A stretch of DNA of 58,411 bases from an uncultured virus (IMG/VR IMGVR_UViG_3300047356_001345) (IMGVR_UViG_3300047356_001345); one strand, 5' to 3'; shown: positions 1 to 8,951, counted from the stretch's first letter. A program made the numbers and translations. The notes: a model not told the origin generated them from the sequence alone.

Positions 1-283
1 TCCAATTAGTACTATTTTGTACTGCATTTAATCCTATATCAATATCGTCTCTATCTTGGGGAGGAATTTGCACATCAACAACTCTATTATCACTACGTAG
101 TGTTGTTGCTTCTGCATCTGTTAATGCGTAATGTGTATTTCTTTGGCTACCCGGTCTTGCATTTGCAACATCTACTGTCCTGTTTGGTATATCACCTGAT
201 CCGGTATTGGCAACCATTTCTGTATTGAATGCAGCATAATCTACACCCGATTTTAGTGTTACAATATACTCTTTCTCGCTCAT
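1..283 (-). CDS. Probable subtilisin-like S8 peptidase, N-terminal I9-like propeptide (partial, runs off the window)
   Basis: Read by hand: ATG at 283 after AAGGAG; MSEKEYIVTLKSGVDY...NTHYALTDAEATTLRSDNRVVDVQ resembles I9 propeptides (YIV-LK...L-D-V-V). The catalytic domain would lie outside the window. Confidence 0.55.
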   Translation of the reverse strand, partial: MSEKEYIVTLKSGVDYAAFNTEMVANTGSGDIPNRTVDVANARPGSQRNTHYALTDAEATTLRSDNRVVDVQIPPQDRDDIDIGLNAVQNSTNW

Positions 284-292
284 TGAGGCTCC

Positions 293-2362
293 TTAGTGTA
301 AGTCTACCCAAGCACCGTTTGCATATCCTTGGAATTTATTAGTAGTTGTATTGTATAACATATCACCGTTTTGGGAAGCCAGTGCATCACGTTCTGCTGT
401 TGTAAACGTTGCAAATCTAACTGGCGATTGTGTTATAACAACTGCATTACCTGCAGTCAAGTTAAGGTTTGTTGCCGCTGTAATTTCTGGCGTACCAGTA
501 CTAGTGCTCTCAAATCTGTCTGCTACTACTTTATTTGTTACAATTAAATCGTTTTCAACTGTAACATCGCTACTAAACACTGTAGATGGTGTTACTGTAA
601 TAGCACCTGAATCATTTGAGTCTAGCACACTTGCTGTAAAAGTAAAGTTTCCTAATTCAGTTCCAATAACAACATCATCTGTAATACCGTATCCTGATAG
701 TGTAGTTGGAGTAGATGTAACACCGCTCCAAGCAACTCCTCCTGCTGTACCACTTACATTACCAGTTACATCTCCTGTAAGATTTCCTGTAATTGCACCA
801 GTAATAGTTATACCGTTTGTTGTTGTTTGCAGTTTTGAACTACCATTGTAATATAGTCTGACACCGGCGTCTTCTGTGGCATCGATTTGTATTTCGTTAT
901 TTGCTGCATTTTTAACTTCTAATAAATTAGTTAAAATTTGTATTCCGCCGTCGCCGTTGTCACTAATTACACTTGCTGTTCCTGTATGGTAAATTTGTAA
1001 ATCGTCACCTGCACCAAATACTAAAGTGTCGTCTGTGCCTGGAATACCTGAATCACCAAATTTGAGATTAAAACCTCCTGAATCCATATTACCGCCAAGC
1101 ACTGGAGTAGTATCAGATGAAACTTCTGTAGTACCTGTAACAGTAATATTACCTTCTGCGTCACTTGCAGTTGTTATTGTACCAGCGCCTTTAATTAAGA
1201 AACTTTCTCCGCTGTTTATTAATCTTACAGTACTATCGTCGGCACCAACACCAATGTTACCTATACCGCCGCCACCGCCGGAACCAGCAACATCTACATC
1301 ATTTACCCACGCACTACCGTTGTATTTTAATACTTGTCCTGCTTGTGGAGTTGCAATAGTAACGTTACCTAAATCTGTAATATCGTTTGGTGCTAGGTTA
1401 ACTTTACCTGCTACGCCATCTACTAGTATAGTTGAATCATCAGCTACAAATGTACCTTTAAATGCTGTTGCTTGTACTTGTCCGGAAAATAGCCCACCAC
1501 CTGCAACATCTAAAGTTGCTGCTGGAGTGTATGTACCAATACCTAAACGACCAGTATTAGTGTGTGTTAGATATTCGGATTCTATATCAAAATTACCATT
1601 TGAACTTGTGCAAATTAATGTTTTGTCAGTACCAAAAGCAATAGAGTTATGAAAATATTCGCCATTTGTATCATCACGTCCGCCAAATATTGCCGATTCG
1701 TAATAAGTAGCACTGATATCTGAGGTTGCTGTTTTAATAAGAAATACCTTAGAAACATCATTATTGCCCTTTACTTTTAAGTTGAAATTACTGTTAGGAT
1801 TTGTGGCATTTAAATCAAAGCCTTGTAACACGTTATATACTGTGTCACCGGAGTTTGTAATGTTTCCTGTACTATCGAAAGATAAATTACCAATTGTTGC
1901 CGATGATGCATTAATAGTATTGTTATTACCATCTACTATTACAGTTGAATCGTCACCGAATACACTACCAGATAAATCGCCATCAAAACTACCATTAAAC
2001 AAATTCGCTGCCATTGAAGTAGCGTTTACGTAACCACCTGCATCAATATTTAGGTTTACATCTATGCTACCGGTTGCGTTAATATTGCCTGTAGTATCAA
2101 TATCGCCCGTTCCAGTTATATCATAGCTATTTAAATCTAAATTGCCGCCTAGTTGTGGAGTTGTATCACCGACAATGTCAGTAATACCGCCGCCGCCGCC
2201 GCCTGACCCTGATGCTTCGTTGCCGCCAGCAGTTGATCCGTCACCTACCCAAAGCGGACCTACGCCTGCGCTCGAATAGTCAGTTACGTAAATTAATTCA
2301 CCTAATTCTGGGGTATAAGACAAACGCTCAGCATTAGTGCCTCTTTTTATTCTCAAAGCCAT
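293..2362 (-). CDS. Tail fibre / virion structural protein
   Basis: MALRIKRGT N-terminus (Mtd_N-like); G/T/S/D-rich; recurrent DTTPxLGGNxD and (G/A)DDST modules; late motif upstream. Confidence 0.8.
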   Translation of the reverse strand: MALRIKRGTNAERLSYTPELGELIYVTDYSSAGVGPLWVGDGSTAGGNEASGSGGGGGGITDIVGDTTPQLGGNLDLNSYDITGTGDIDTTGNINATGSIDVNLNIDAGGYVNATSMAANLFNGSFDGDLSGSVFGDDSTVIVDGNNNTINASSATIGNLSFDSTGNITNSGDTVYNVLQGFDLNATNPNSNFNLKVKGNNDVSKVFLIKTATSDISATYYESAIFGGRDDTNGEYFHNSIAFGTDKTLICTSSNGNFDIESEYLTHTNTGRLGIGTYTPAATLDVAGGGLFSGQVQATAFKGTFVADDSTILVDGVAGKVNLAPNDITDLGNVTIATPQAGQVLKYNGSAWVNDVDVAGSGGGGGIGNIGVGADDSTVRLINSGESFLIKGAGTITTASDAEGNITVTGTTEVSSDTTPVLGGNMDSGGFNLKFGDSGIPGTDDTLVFGAGDDLQIYHTGTASVISDNGDGGIQILTNLLEVKNAANNEIQIDATEDAGVRLYYNGSSKLQTTTNGITITGAITGNLTGDVTGNVSGTAGGVAWSGVTSTPTTLSGYGITDDVVIGTELGNFTFTASVLDSNDSGAITVTPSTVFSSDVTVENDLIVTNKVVADRFESTSTGTPEITAATNLNLTAGNAVVITQSPVRFATFTTAERDALASQNGDMLYNTTTNKFQGYANGAWVDLH

Positions 2363-2392
2363 ATGAAACTTCTCCTACAGTATTATTTAAAG

Positions 2393-2400
2393 TATTTATC
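2393..2400 (-). promoter_or_regulatory. T4-like late promoter (GATAAATA)
   Basis: Intergenic, upstream of the tail fibre RBS; resembles T4 TATAAATA and recurs upstream of other structural genes. Confidence 0.65.
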
Positions 2401-2410
2401 TCATATAGGA

Positions 2411-2713
2411 TTATTTGTTAAGCTTTAAAAATCTCTTTGTACGTTTGTTTATATCTTTTTTGAGACGTTTTGTATCAAGTCTAAAATCAACTGTATCTAT
2501 TGTGTCGTCGTATTCTTCTAAAAATTCGCCTATAACGTCTGCAGGGTCATCGCCGTTCTTTTTGTTTTGAACGTCGATTTCCCAAACTTTTTCATCTAAA
2601 AATGTTACAATAACTGTACTTACATATTCAATTGGAATATAATCGTAATTGACTTCATCTAAAATTTCATTCCATTCGTCGTCTGTTACAACATTATTAT
2701 CTTTATTCGGCAC
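2411..2713 (-). CDS. Hypothetical acidic protein (likely GTG start at 2713)
   Basis: The track ORF overlaps the upstream gene by 134 nt; GTG at 2713 leaves an 11-nt overlap. Confidence 0.55.
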   Translation of the reverse strand: MPNKDNNVVTDDEWNEILDEVNYDYIPIEYVSTVIVTFLDEKVWEIDVQNKKNGDDPADVIGEFLEEYDDTIDTVDFRLDTKRLKKDINKRTKRFLKLNK

Positions 2714-3320
2714 TTTCTGTTTTCTTTGCGGCTTTACGTTTTGTAGGAACAAGTTCTTCTGCTTGCTCTCTAAGTGCTTTAGCTTCTTTAAACATAGCAT
2801 CAGCCTGTGATCGATATTGTGCTGCCAAAACTTCATCAGTAACTATACCGTCTTGTACTTCAGTAGTTGCTTCGTCTGTATATACACTTGCTGGATCAAC
2901 TGTTTCGGTTTTTGCTTTAACAGTTTCACCGTCTGGACCTTTAAGTGCTAAGTCTGCTACTGTGACACCTTGCTGATCAGCAATAATTTTATTTAATTCG
3001 TCTAAACTAATTACATCACTATTTGTTGGTGTCATTTCTACTTCAGTTGTTTTTACTTTACGTATCTTACCTGTTGTATGAAATCCTGCTAACATATTTC
3101 TGCCATCTGGCAACGTATTACGAGCCATTGCTTCGCCGAATTCGTATGCCTGTTGGCCAGCCGCAGATTCAACTGCTTTGATTAAACTATCGTGTTCATC
3201 GGCACTTAGATTCTCAGTCTGTACAATAAGACATTGATCCGATTCTCCAGGAACTACTCTGTAAGCTACTACAATTTTTCTTTTATTTGTTTTAATTCTA
3301 CCTATGTGTTTAAGAGCCAT
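2703..3320 (-). CDS. Hypothetical phage protein
   Basis: 205-aa ORF with GGAG RBS, tightly packed in the operon. Confidence 0.75.
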   Translation of the reverse strand: MALKHIGRIKTNKRKIVVAYRVVPGESDQCLIVQTENLSADEHDSLIKAVESAAGQQAYEFGEAMARNTLPDGRNMLAGFHTTGKIRKVKTTEVEMTPTNSDVISLDELNKIIADQQGVTVADLALKGPDGETVKAKTETVDPASVYTDEATTEVQDGIVTDEVLAAQYRSQADAMFKEAKALREQAEELVPTKRKAAKKTESAE

Positions 3321-3570
3321 CGTTTGTCTCCTTAGGTGTTGGCACAGGCTCAGCCGCTGCTTCGGCAGATTCTGCTGCTTCTTTTGCTTGTTTTGCCTGC
3401 TCTTCGACAGATTTTAGAAAACCATCAAGCTTGTTATAAAGAGCACCGACATTTGCGAGCTCATTTGCTTTGAATGTTCCTCTTTCGGTAGCAAGTTCAA
3501 TTACAGCTCTTGCTAGTGCTAGATCTTGAATGTTTAGTTCATTTGGATCCGGTTGTGTTTGTTCAGTCAT
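3310..3570 (-). CDS. Hypothetical protein
   Basis: 86-aa ORF with AGGAG upstream. Confidence 0.7.
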   Translation of the reverse strand: MTEQTQPDPNELNIQDLALARAVIELATERGTFKANELANVGALYNKLDGFLKSVEEQAKQAKEAAESAEAAAEPVPTPKETNDGS

Positions 3571-3607
3571 TACTCTTTTACTCCTTGTATAATATATATT
3601 TTCGTGA

Positions 3608-3883
3608 CTATCTAGTATACTTCAAATGTGGACAAGCTAACATAAAGAAACTCATCTCTTTGGTTAATTCAAAACCAACTGTTGTAACACTTGAAATACT
3701 TTCATTTTTTAATGAGACATTTTCTCCTAAAAAATATCTTCCTGATAGGTTATCTTCTATCCAATCAGAAAGTACAGCTTCGATGTTATAGGTTTTTTCT
3801 AAGTCAATAGTTTCGAAGGTAGAAGGGCAAAAATTTACCCTTCTTATACCTAAAACATCTAATGGATTTGTTTTTAACTTCAC
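3608..3883 (-). CDS. Hypothetical protein
   Basis: GTGA overlap with the VWA gene; GAGGAGG upstream. Confidence 0.65.
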   Translation of the reverse strand: MKLKTNPLDVLGIRRVNFCPSTFETIDLEKTYNIEAVLSDWIEDNLSGRYFLGENVSLKNESISSVTTVGFELTKEMSFFMLACPHLKYTR

Positions 3884-5202
3884 GCAGCCTCCTCATAGTG
3901 AGCTGTAAATCCAAAAGGCCCTTCTAAGTTTTTGTCGTGATTACTATGAATTACAAATAATGTATCGCAATAATCTGGATCTCCCCAGCTATCCCAAGCA
4001 TAGCCGTCTGTAAACATAATAAATTTCTTTGGTTCAATACCATTATCTTTCATATACTTCCAGTTCACCATAAAGTCAGTGCCGCCGCCGCCAATAACAT
4101 TATATTCTGAAATATCTTCACCACCATCTGCTGTAAATTCTTGTTCGTTATACACCTTAGTGTCAAAGCACCATACAGTAATCTTATAGTCTTTGTATTC
4201 TTCCATAATACCTTTTACTTCACTTAAAAAGTCTTTGGCTTGATCATCACCAATTGATCCGCTCATATCAATGCTTACACAAAGGTCAATTGTTTCGTCG
4301 AAGTTCATACCAGGTAATATAGCACCACTTTGCCAACCTTTACGGTTAGGTCTACTAAATGTAAAATCACTTTTAATTGTACTTTGAATTTGTTGACGTA
4401 GCAACTGTCGCCAATTCATTTTAGGCTCAGTTAGTTCTTTAATCATACGCTGAACTTCAGCCGGTGTATTACCTGCACCTGCGGCTTGTGCCGCTGCCAT
4501 TACAGCTTCTTTTATTTCGTCTTTAATTTTTTGCTTTTCGCTTTCAGATAATGTCTGACCTTTGCCTTTGCCTTTACCATCATCGTTACCATCACCATTG
4601 CTTGCCGGACCTTCGCCCCATTCAAAGTGTTCATCTAACATTTCGCCTAGTTGGTCAATATCAATTTTTTCTGCATCTTGATACAATTGATCGTATACCT
4701 CTTCTGAAGTCCATCCTTCATATTTAAAGTCTTGGAAACATTCAACTAACTTTGGCTTCACTCCGATTCTGTCTCTTACAAGCATATTGTTAACGATATA
4801 ATCACACGCAACATTATAAAGATATGGATTACGTTCGCCTCTACGTGTTAAATGATCAAATACCATATGTAGAATTTCGTGTGCAATAACAAATTCAATT
4901 TCTTTATTATCCATAGCATTAAAGAACTGTGTATTATAATAAAGATTGCGTCCATCTACAGCCGCGGTAGGAATAATATCATCTGCTGCCACAATACGTA
5001 AACGTGTTGCCATATTACCAAAAAATGGATGTCTAAGAAGTAAACCAACACGGGCAGTGATAATACGATCTAATACTACCTTTTGCATTTCTTCTAATGC
5101 TTCTGGTGTAATATTAGGATCTGGTTCCCAATTTTTAAGCTTACTAGCTGTTTTTTCTGTAGACATTTTCATAACTACATATTGCGGCATAAAATCTAAC
5201 AT
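3880..5202 (-). CDS. DUF2201-type metallopeptidase-like domain plus VWA domain protein
   Basis: HExxH (AHEILH), MIDAS DMSGS, GGGTDF and FTDG motifs; adjacent to a MoxR-type ATPase. Confidence 0.85.
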   Translation of the reverse strand: MLDFMPQYVVMKMSTEKTASKLKNWEPDPNITPEALEEMQKVVLDRIITARVGLLLRHPFFGNMATRLRIVAADDIIPTAAVDGRNLYYNTQFFNAMDNKEIEFVIAHEILHMVFDHLTRRGERNPYLYNVACDYIVNNMLVRDRIGVKPKLVECFQDFKYEGWTSEEVYDQLYQDAEKIDIDQLGEMLDEHFEWGEGPASNGDGNDDGKGKGKGQTLSESEKQKIKDEIKEAVMAAAQAAGAGNTPAEVQRMIKELTEPKMNWRQLLRQQIQSTIKSDFTFSRPNRKGWQSGAILPGMNFDETIDLCVSIDMSGSIGDDQAKDFLSEVKGIMEEYKDYKITVWCFDTKVYNEQEFTADGGEDISEYNVIGGGGTDFMVNWKYMKDNGIEPKKFIMFTDGYAWDSWGDPDYCDTLFVIHSNHDKNLEGPFGFTAHYEEAA

Positions 5203-5231
5203 AATTGATCCTCATTTATCAGTGCTTATTA

Positions 5232-5260
5232 CTTATAGCATTATTTAATGTTTTTGTCAA
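5232..5260 (-). promoter_or_regulatory. Sigma70-type early promoter TTGACA-N17-TATAAG
   Basis: Read directly; TG extended -10; AGG precedes the -35 as in neighbouring promoters. Confidence 0.75.
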
Positions 5261-5274
5261 CCTTTAAATAGAAT

Positions 5275-5302
5275 AAGTGGACAGTACGAATACTGCCCAC
5301 TT
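5275..5302 (-). terminator. 12-bp hairpin with UUCG loop downstream of the MoxR gene
   Basis: Minus strand AAGTGGGCAGTA-TTCG-TACTGTCCACTT (one G-U). The U-tract is weak, so it may instead be a stabiliser or processing hairpin. Confidence 0.55.
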
Positions 5303-5311
5303 TTCCTTGAC

Positions 5312-6400
5312 TCAAGCGTTTTGAGCAGCCTTGATGTACTTGCCGTAACGAGAATGGAACTCATCAAAACAAGCAACTTCGTCTGGATCGATTGGAAGAT
5401 TGTATTGTGTAAGAGCAAGTTTTATACCCATTACAACCAATTCAGTCTCAAAATTATCCATTGCAAACCTTAAAAAGTTATTAACCTTATTGTCAAACTT
5501 TTTGTCGTTTGCATCACTTGCTTCTTTAAGCTCGTAGCAAAGAGACACAGTTAAGGAATACATTGCACTGATTTCCTGTGTTTTTATCTCTTTAACCTTA
5601 CCCGCTAAAATATCTGTTGGGTTCGGCATACTTCCCGCAATTTTGCGATGAGCCATAAATTTTACAGCCAAACCTTCGCCTACCGAGCCTGCAACAAGAT
5701 CTGTAGTAGTAGATTCGTCTGTATCTTCTTCGTCTAATAATTCGCTAACAAAACTCCACGAACGTGGTGTAGCAAAACTACGACTAGGCGATTTAGGATC
5801 AAAATCATAAAGATCCTGTTTAGCAAATTGTAAGTAGCCTACCACATCTGAATGTTGTGTGTTATCTACTGCCCACTCAAACCAGTCATCAAAATTAACT
5901 GCAAGCTCTAAGTGAACGAAACGATTTGCAAGCGGAGCAGGCATACGATATGTAACGCCTTTGTCTGCTTCGCGGTTACCAGCGGCAACAATAATAACGT
6001 TGTCTGGTAATTTATATTGTCCTACTCTACGATTAAGAATTAACTGGTATGCAGCCGCTTGTACAGCCGGAGCAGATGAATTCATTTCATCAAAGAAAAC
6101 AACAATATTATCATATGCTTTCGCAAATTCTTCGTCTGGAAGTTCGCTAGGCGCACCCCAAACCATTTTACCTTGATTAGCATCAAAGTACGGAATGCCT
6201 TTGATATCTGTAGGTTCCCAAAGTGATAGTCGGATATCAATCAAGTGACTATTTGGCATACTGTCAGTAATTTGCCTAATAATATCTGACTTACCAATGC
6301 CTGGAGGTCCCCATAAAAATACAGGGCGTTTCTTTTTAAATGCCCGGTTAATGCTTTTCTTTGCACGGTTAGGGCTAACTGTTCTAACTGTAGTGTCCAT
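5312..6400 (-). CDS. MoxR-like / AAA_5 ATPase
   Basis: Walker A GPPGIGKS, Walker B VFFDE, AAGNR and PLANRF motifs. Confidence 0.88.
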   Translation of the reverse strand: MDTTVRTVSPNRAKKSINRAFKKKRPVFLWGPPGIGKSDIIRQITDSMPNSHLIDIRLSLWEPTDIKGIPYFDANQGKMVWGAPSELPDEEFAKAYDNIVVFFDEMNSSAPAVQAAAYQLILNRRVGQYKLPDNVIIVAAGNREADKGVTYRMPAPLANRFVHLELAVNFDDWFEWAVDNTQHSDVVGYLQFAKQDLYDFDPKSPSRSFATPRSWSFVSELLDEEDTDESTTTDLVAGSVGEGLAVKFMAHRKIAGSMPNPTDILAGKVKEIKTQEISAMYSLTVSLCYELKEASDANDKKFDNKVNNFLRFAMDNFETELVVMGIKLALTQYNLPIDPDEVACFDEFHSRYGKYIKAAQNA

Positions 6401-6438
6401 TTTGTATTTCCTTATATTTGTATCAGTGCGTATACGTT

Positions 6439-6467
6439 ATTATAACATTAAATCTTATAGAGGTCAA
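6439..6467 (-). promoter_or_regulatory. Sigma70-type promoter TTGACC-N17-TATAAT
   Basis: Read directly; TG extended -10. Confidence 0.8.
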
Positions 6468-6469
6468 CC

Positions 6470-6868
6470 TCAATATGCATCTTTGTATGTTACAATAGCG
6501 GCAATTTCTTTGATAAGTTTTTTGCCATAATCTGTAAACAAGATACCTTGCTGCCAAACAAAATGTTCAACATCTTGGATGTGGTAGAAAGTTTCCTGCC
6601 CTACAATCCACTCAAGTGCAGTAGTGCGGTTGCCAGCGCCGATTGCAATAACATCTTGCACACGGTCTTCGAACTTGGCAACATCTGCTGCCTCTTGTAC
6701 TGCTTCTTGTATTGAATTAGCTTCTAAAGCATTGCAATACTCGTCCCAAGTCTTCTGCTTTTCAGCAGGAGTACAATTGTCCCAATCGGCCCAAAAGGCC
6801 TCACGTGGACGATAACCATACACATCTTTGTGTAAATCTGAAATAATATCATTGCTATATGTAAACAT
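6470..6868 (-). CDS. Hypothetical early phage protein
   Basis: 132 aa (SDLHKDVYGYRPR); has its own sigma70 promoter. Confidence 0.75.
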   Translation of the reverse strand: MFTYSNDIISDLHKDVYGYRPREAFWADWDNCTPAEKQKTWDEYCNALEANSIQEAVQEAADVAKFEDRVQDVIAIGAGNRTTALEWIVGQETFYHIQDVEHFVWQQGILFTDYGKKLIKEIAAIVTYKDAY

Positions 6869-6902
6869 TGTATTGCCCTTTGTGTTTTTGCCCTATACAC
6901 TT

Positions 6903-6931
6903 AATATAACATAACTTTAGATCTATGTCAA
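6903..6931 (-). promoter_or_regulatory. Sigma70-type promoter TTGACA-N17-TATATT
   Basis: Read directly; TG extended -10. Confidence 0.75.
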
Positions 6932-6940
6932 CCTCTTTTC

Positions 6941-6971
6941 AAAAAAAATAGGCCCCATAAGGACCTATTTT
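6941..6971 (-). terminator. Rho-independent terminator
   Basis: Minus strand AAAATAGGTCC-TTATG-GGGCCTATTTTTTTT, downstream of the HTH gene. Confidence 0.8.
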
Positions 6972-6988
6972 AATAAAAATATTAGTTA

Positions 6989-7234
6989 TTATGCGAAGAT
7001 TTTCGCTCTTGAACCGTTTACATCACGAGAAACAATACTGTATCGTGTTGCACCAGTAGTAGCAATGTCAGTCTTAACTACTAGACCAGCCGCTTTTAAC
7101 TCACTCATTCGAGCTGGAAGTTGCTGAATTCCAAACCTTGCTCTTGCATCTTTTGCAGTCAAAGTTTTACCTGTTCCACGAAGATATGTTTCGAGGAAAG
7201 TTTTTTGGTTAGTTTTAATTGTTGTAAATGCCAT
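6989..7234 (-). CDS. Small winged-helix DNA-binding protein
   Basis: LTAKDARARFGIQQLPARMSELKAAGLVV fits a wHTH pattern; GGAGG RBS. Confidence 0.7.
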   Translation of the reverse strand: MAFTTIKTNQKTFLETYLRGTGKTLTAKDARARFGIQQLPARMSELKAAGLVVKTDIATTGATRYSIVSRDVNGSRAKIFA

Positions 7235-7257
7235 TTAGGCCTCCGTTTTTAAGTTAC

Positions 7258-7277
7258 CTTAGAAATTAATTTCTAAG
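7258..7277. promoter_or_regulatory. Perfect 20-bp palindrome, candidate operator
   Basis: CTTAGAAATTAATTTCTAAG lies between the promoter and the RBS of the HTH gene. Confidence 0.55.
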
Positions 7278-7287
7278 CAATAATAAC

Positions 7288-7315
7288 AGTATACATTATT
7301 ATAAAAGATTGTCAA
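7288..7315 (-). promoter_or_regulatory. Sigma70-type promoter TTGACA-N16-TATACT
   Basis: Read directly; AGG precedes the -35. Confidence 0.65.
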
Positions 7316-7542
7316 CCTTTTTTCTTTAACCTAATTAAAAAACTTCCTGGATTATATCTTTGTTGGTTACATTCTCTAACTAGTGGGTGATTATTTGCCC
7401 AGGTAGGAAACTCTACCATCATTGCACCTTGCCCAGTAATTACACTACATTGCTTATGTCCAAGATAGTATGCTCGATCAACTTCTCTTTTAAATCTTGC
7501 CCAACCTTCGTGTATATGGCATCCGTGTAAATCAATCCTCAT
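7312..7542 (-). CDS. Stand-alone Smr-domain protein
   Basis: IDLHG, VITGQG and NPGS motifs. Confidence 0.8.
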   Translation of the reverse strand: MRIDLHGCHIHEGWARFKREVDRAYYLGHKQCSVITGQGAMMVEFPTWANNHPLVRECNQQRYNPGSFLIRLKKKG

Positions 7543-7915
7543 TTTGTCTTTTCATTGCTTTTGTTAGGCCGTACTTACGCAAATCACCACTAAACAATGT
7601 TAATTCAACTGCTTTCTTTTCATTTGTAACCGTTATGCTTCTATTTGTCAAATAATAAGGGCAATCTATAAACTTATCTAAAAATATTATAATTTGTGTT
7701 GTTAAAGGCATTTCACGTGGATATGGAATATCGTATGTTGTTAGTCCTAATTCTTGTATTGCTTCATAGCCTTGATCTGTTAAACGTAGTCCGCCTACTT
7801 CTTTATTTCTAGTATTATACCACCAAATATGTAAGTATTCTTGTACTGAAATATCATTATAAGTTTTGCCTAATTCTTTTAGGAAAATTTTTGTGTATGT
7901 AATTTTATTAGACAT
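7532..7915 (-). CDS. Hypothetical phage protein
   Basis: 127-aa ORF, translationally coupled to both neighbours. Confidence 0.7.
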   Translation of the reverse strand: MSNKITYTKIFLKELGKTYNDISVQEYLHIWWYNTRNKEVGGLRLTDQGYEAIQELGLTTYDIPYPREMPLTTQIIIFLDKFIDCPYYLTNRSITVTNEKKAVELTLFSGDLRKYGLTKAMKRQNED

Positions 7916-8199
7916 TAGTCAATTTGTTCACCTTCGACTAATTTAACTACTGTAAATTCGTCTGTTTTGAACATTTCATTTAATTTTTTAGAAAGATTAA
8001 ATGCGTGTCCTGGATTTGAAAAACTAGTTTTTTTGTATTTTGGTCCAGGGTAATTTGTTAAAGAGTTACTACTTTTTAAATTAAATGGTTTATTTTTGTA
8101 AAACACAGCCCAGATTGCATCCGCTTCTAAAACTTGTTCGCACTTGTATGTAATACTATTTGTGAATTCTAATAATACATTTGGCTTAGGTCTGCTCAT
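7915..8199 (-). CDS. Hypothetical phage protein
   Basis: 94-aa ORF with AAGGA RBS; late motif upstream. Confidence 0.7.
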   Translation of the reverse strand: MSRPKPNVLLEFTNSITYKCEQVLEADAIWAVFYKNKPFNLKSSNSLTNYPGPKYKKTSFSNPGHAFNLSKKLNEMFKTDEFTVVKLVEGEQID

Positions 8200-8237
8200 A
8201 TGCGTAATCCTTTAAGTTATATACGCATATATTTATC
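8198..8237 (-). promoter_or_regulatory. Late promoter GATAAATA overlapping an RBS/start-occluding hairpin
   Basis: GATAAATA at 8230-8237; 9-bp inverted repeat at 8198-8206 and 8222-8230. Confidence 0.6.
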
Positions 8238-8257
8238 TTTTTAAACCTGTACTTTAA

Positions 8258-8500
8258 CTATTTCCAGTCAGAATTGCCATCAAAAACTACTTCTATATCG
8301 CCGATGTCACCGCCGGCATTTTCTTTTACAAATTTTTCCAAGTCACCGTTTAATCTTGCCATTACAATTCCTAAGGTAAAAGCAAGATTTTTAGCTTGCA
8401 CTATGTCTAATCTAAGTTCTCTTGCTCTACTTGTTTCTGCAGACTTTACTTGTTGAATAAATTGTTGTATACTACTGGTGTTTAATGGCTCTATTGACAT
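8258..8500 (-). CDS. Hypothetical protein
   Basis: 80-aa ORF in the operon. Confidence 0.65.
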   Translation of the reverse strand: MSIEPLNTSSIQQFIQQVKSAETSRARELRLDIVQAKNLAFTLGIVMARLNGDLEKFVKENAGGDIGDIEVVFDGNSDWK

Positions 8501-8951
8501 TACTCAATGCTGCTTTCATTTCTATTTCAGTTTTAAATGGACCCATATATTCATTCCTTTGCAAAGTAATTAGTTTAGGACAAAAACTTTTTAACCAATT
8601 TACATTAAATTTAACTAGATAATATCCTGCACAATATAAACTTTTAGACTTTGGACTTTTTGTAAACAATGGTAGTTTGCTTTGTAAATCGTACATACTA
8701 TTGAAGGGTAAAGATCTTGTTGTATATCCGTGTACGTCTTTGTCAGTTGGACTTTCTGTTGGAATCTTAGCAACAAAAAGATCTTTGCCTAGTTTTCTTT
8801 TTAGTGCATTTTCGCTTTTGTAAAAATCTATTTTACCTTTTGCACTTACAACAAAGCCTTCATCTTCTTTTGCTAATGTACCTACACGTACACCTGCATC
8901 TTCTACAATCCAAAATTTACCATCTAATATGGGTTTAGCTTTTACTGTCAT
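8472..8951 (-). CDS. Hypothetical phage protein
   Basis: 159 aa; ATGA overlap with the RNase H gene. Confidence 0.7.
   Translation of the reverse strand: MTVKAKPILDGKFWIVEDAGVRVGTLAKEDEGFVVSAKGKIDFYKSENALKRKLGKDLFVAKIPTESPTDKDVHGYTTRSLPFNSMYDLQSKLPLFTKSPKSKSLYCAGYYLVKFNVNWLKSFCPKLITLQRNEYMGPFKTEIEMKAALSNVNRAIKHQ

Noticed and set aside
2186..2204. CCG/GCC trinucleotide run
   Set aside because: It encodes a poly-Gly hinge in the fibre; it is in frame and not a phase-variation tract.
293..2362. Diversity-generating retroelement target (Mtd-like N-terminus)
   Set aside because: No reverse transcriptase or template/variable repeat pair was seen in the window.
6873..6894. AGGGCAA direct repeat in an early leader, and GGAGGGCAAAA before 38598 and 38875
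   Set aside because: Short and explicable as RBS variants.
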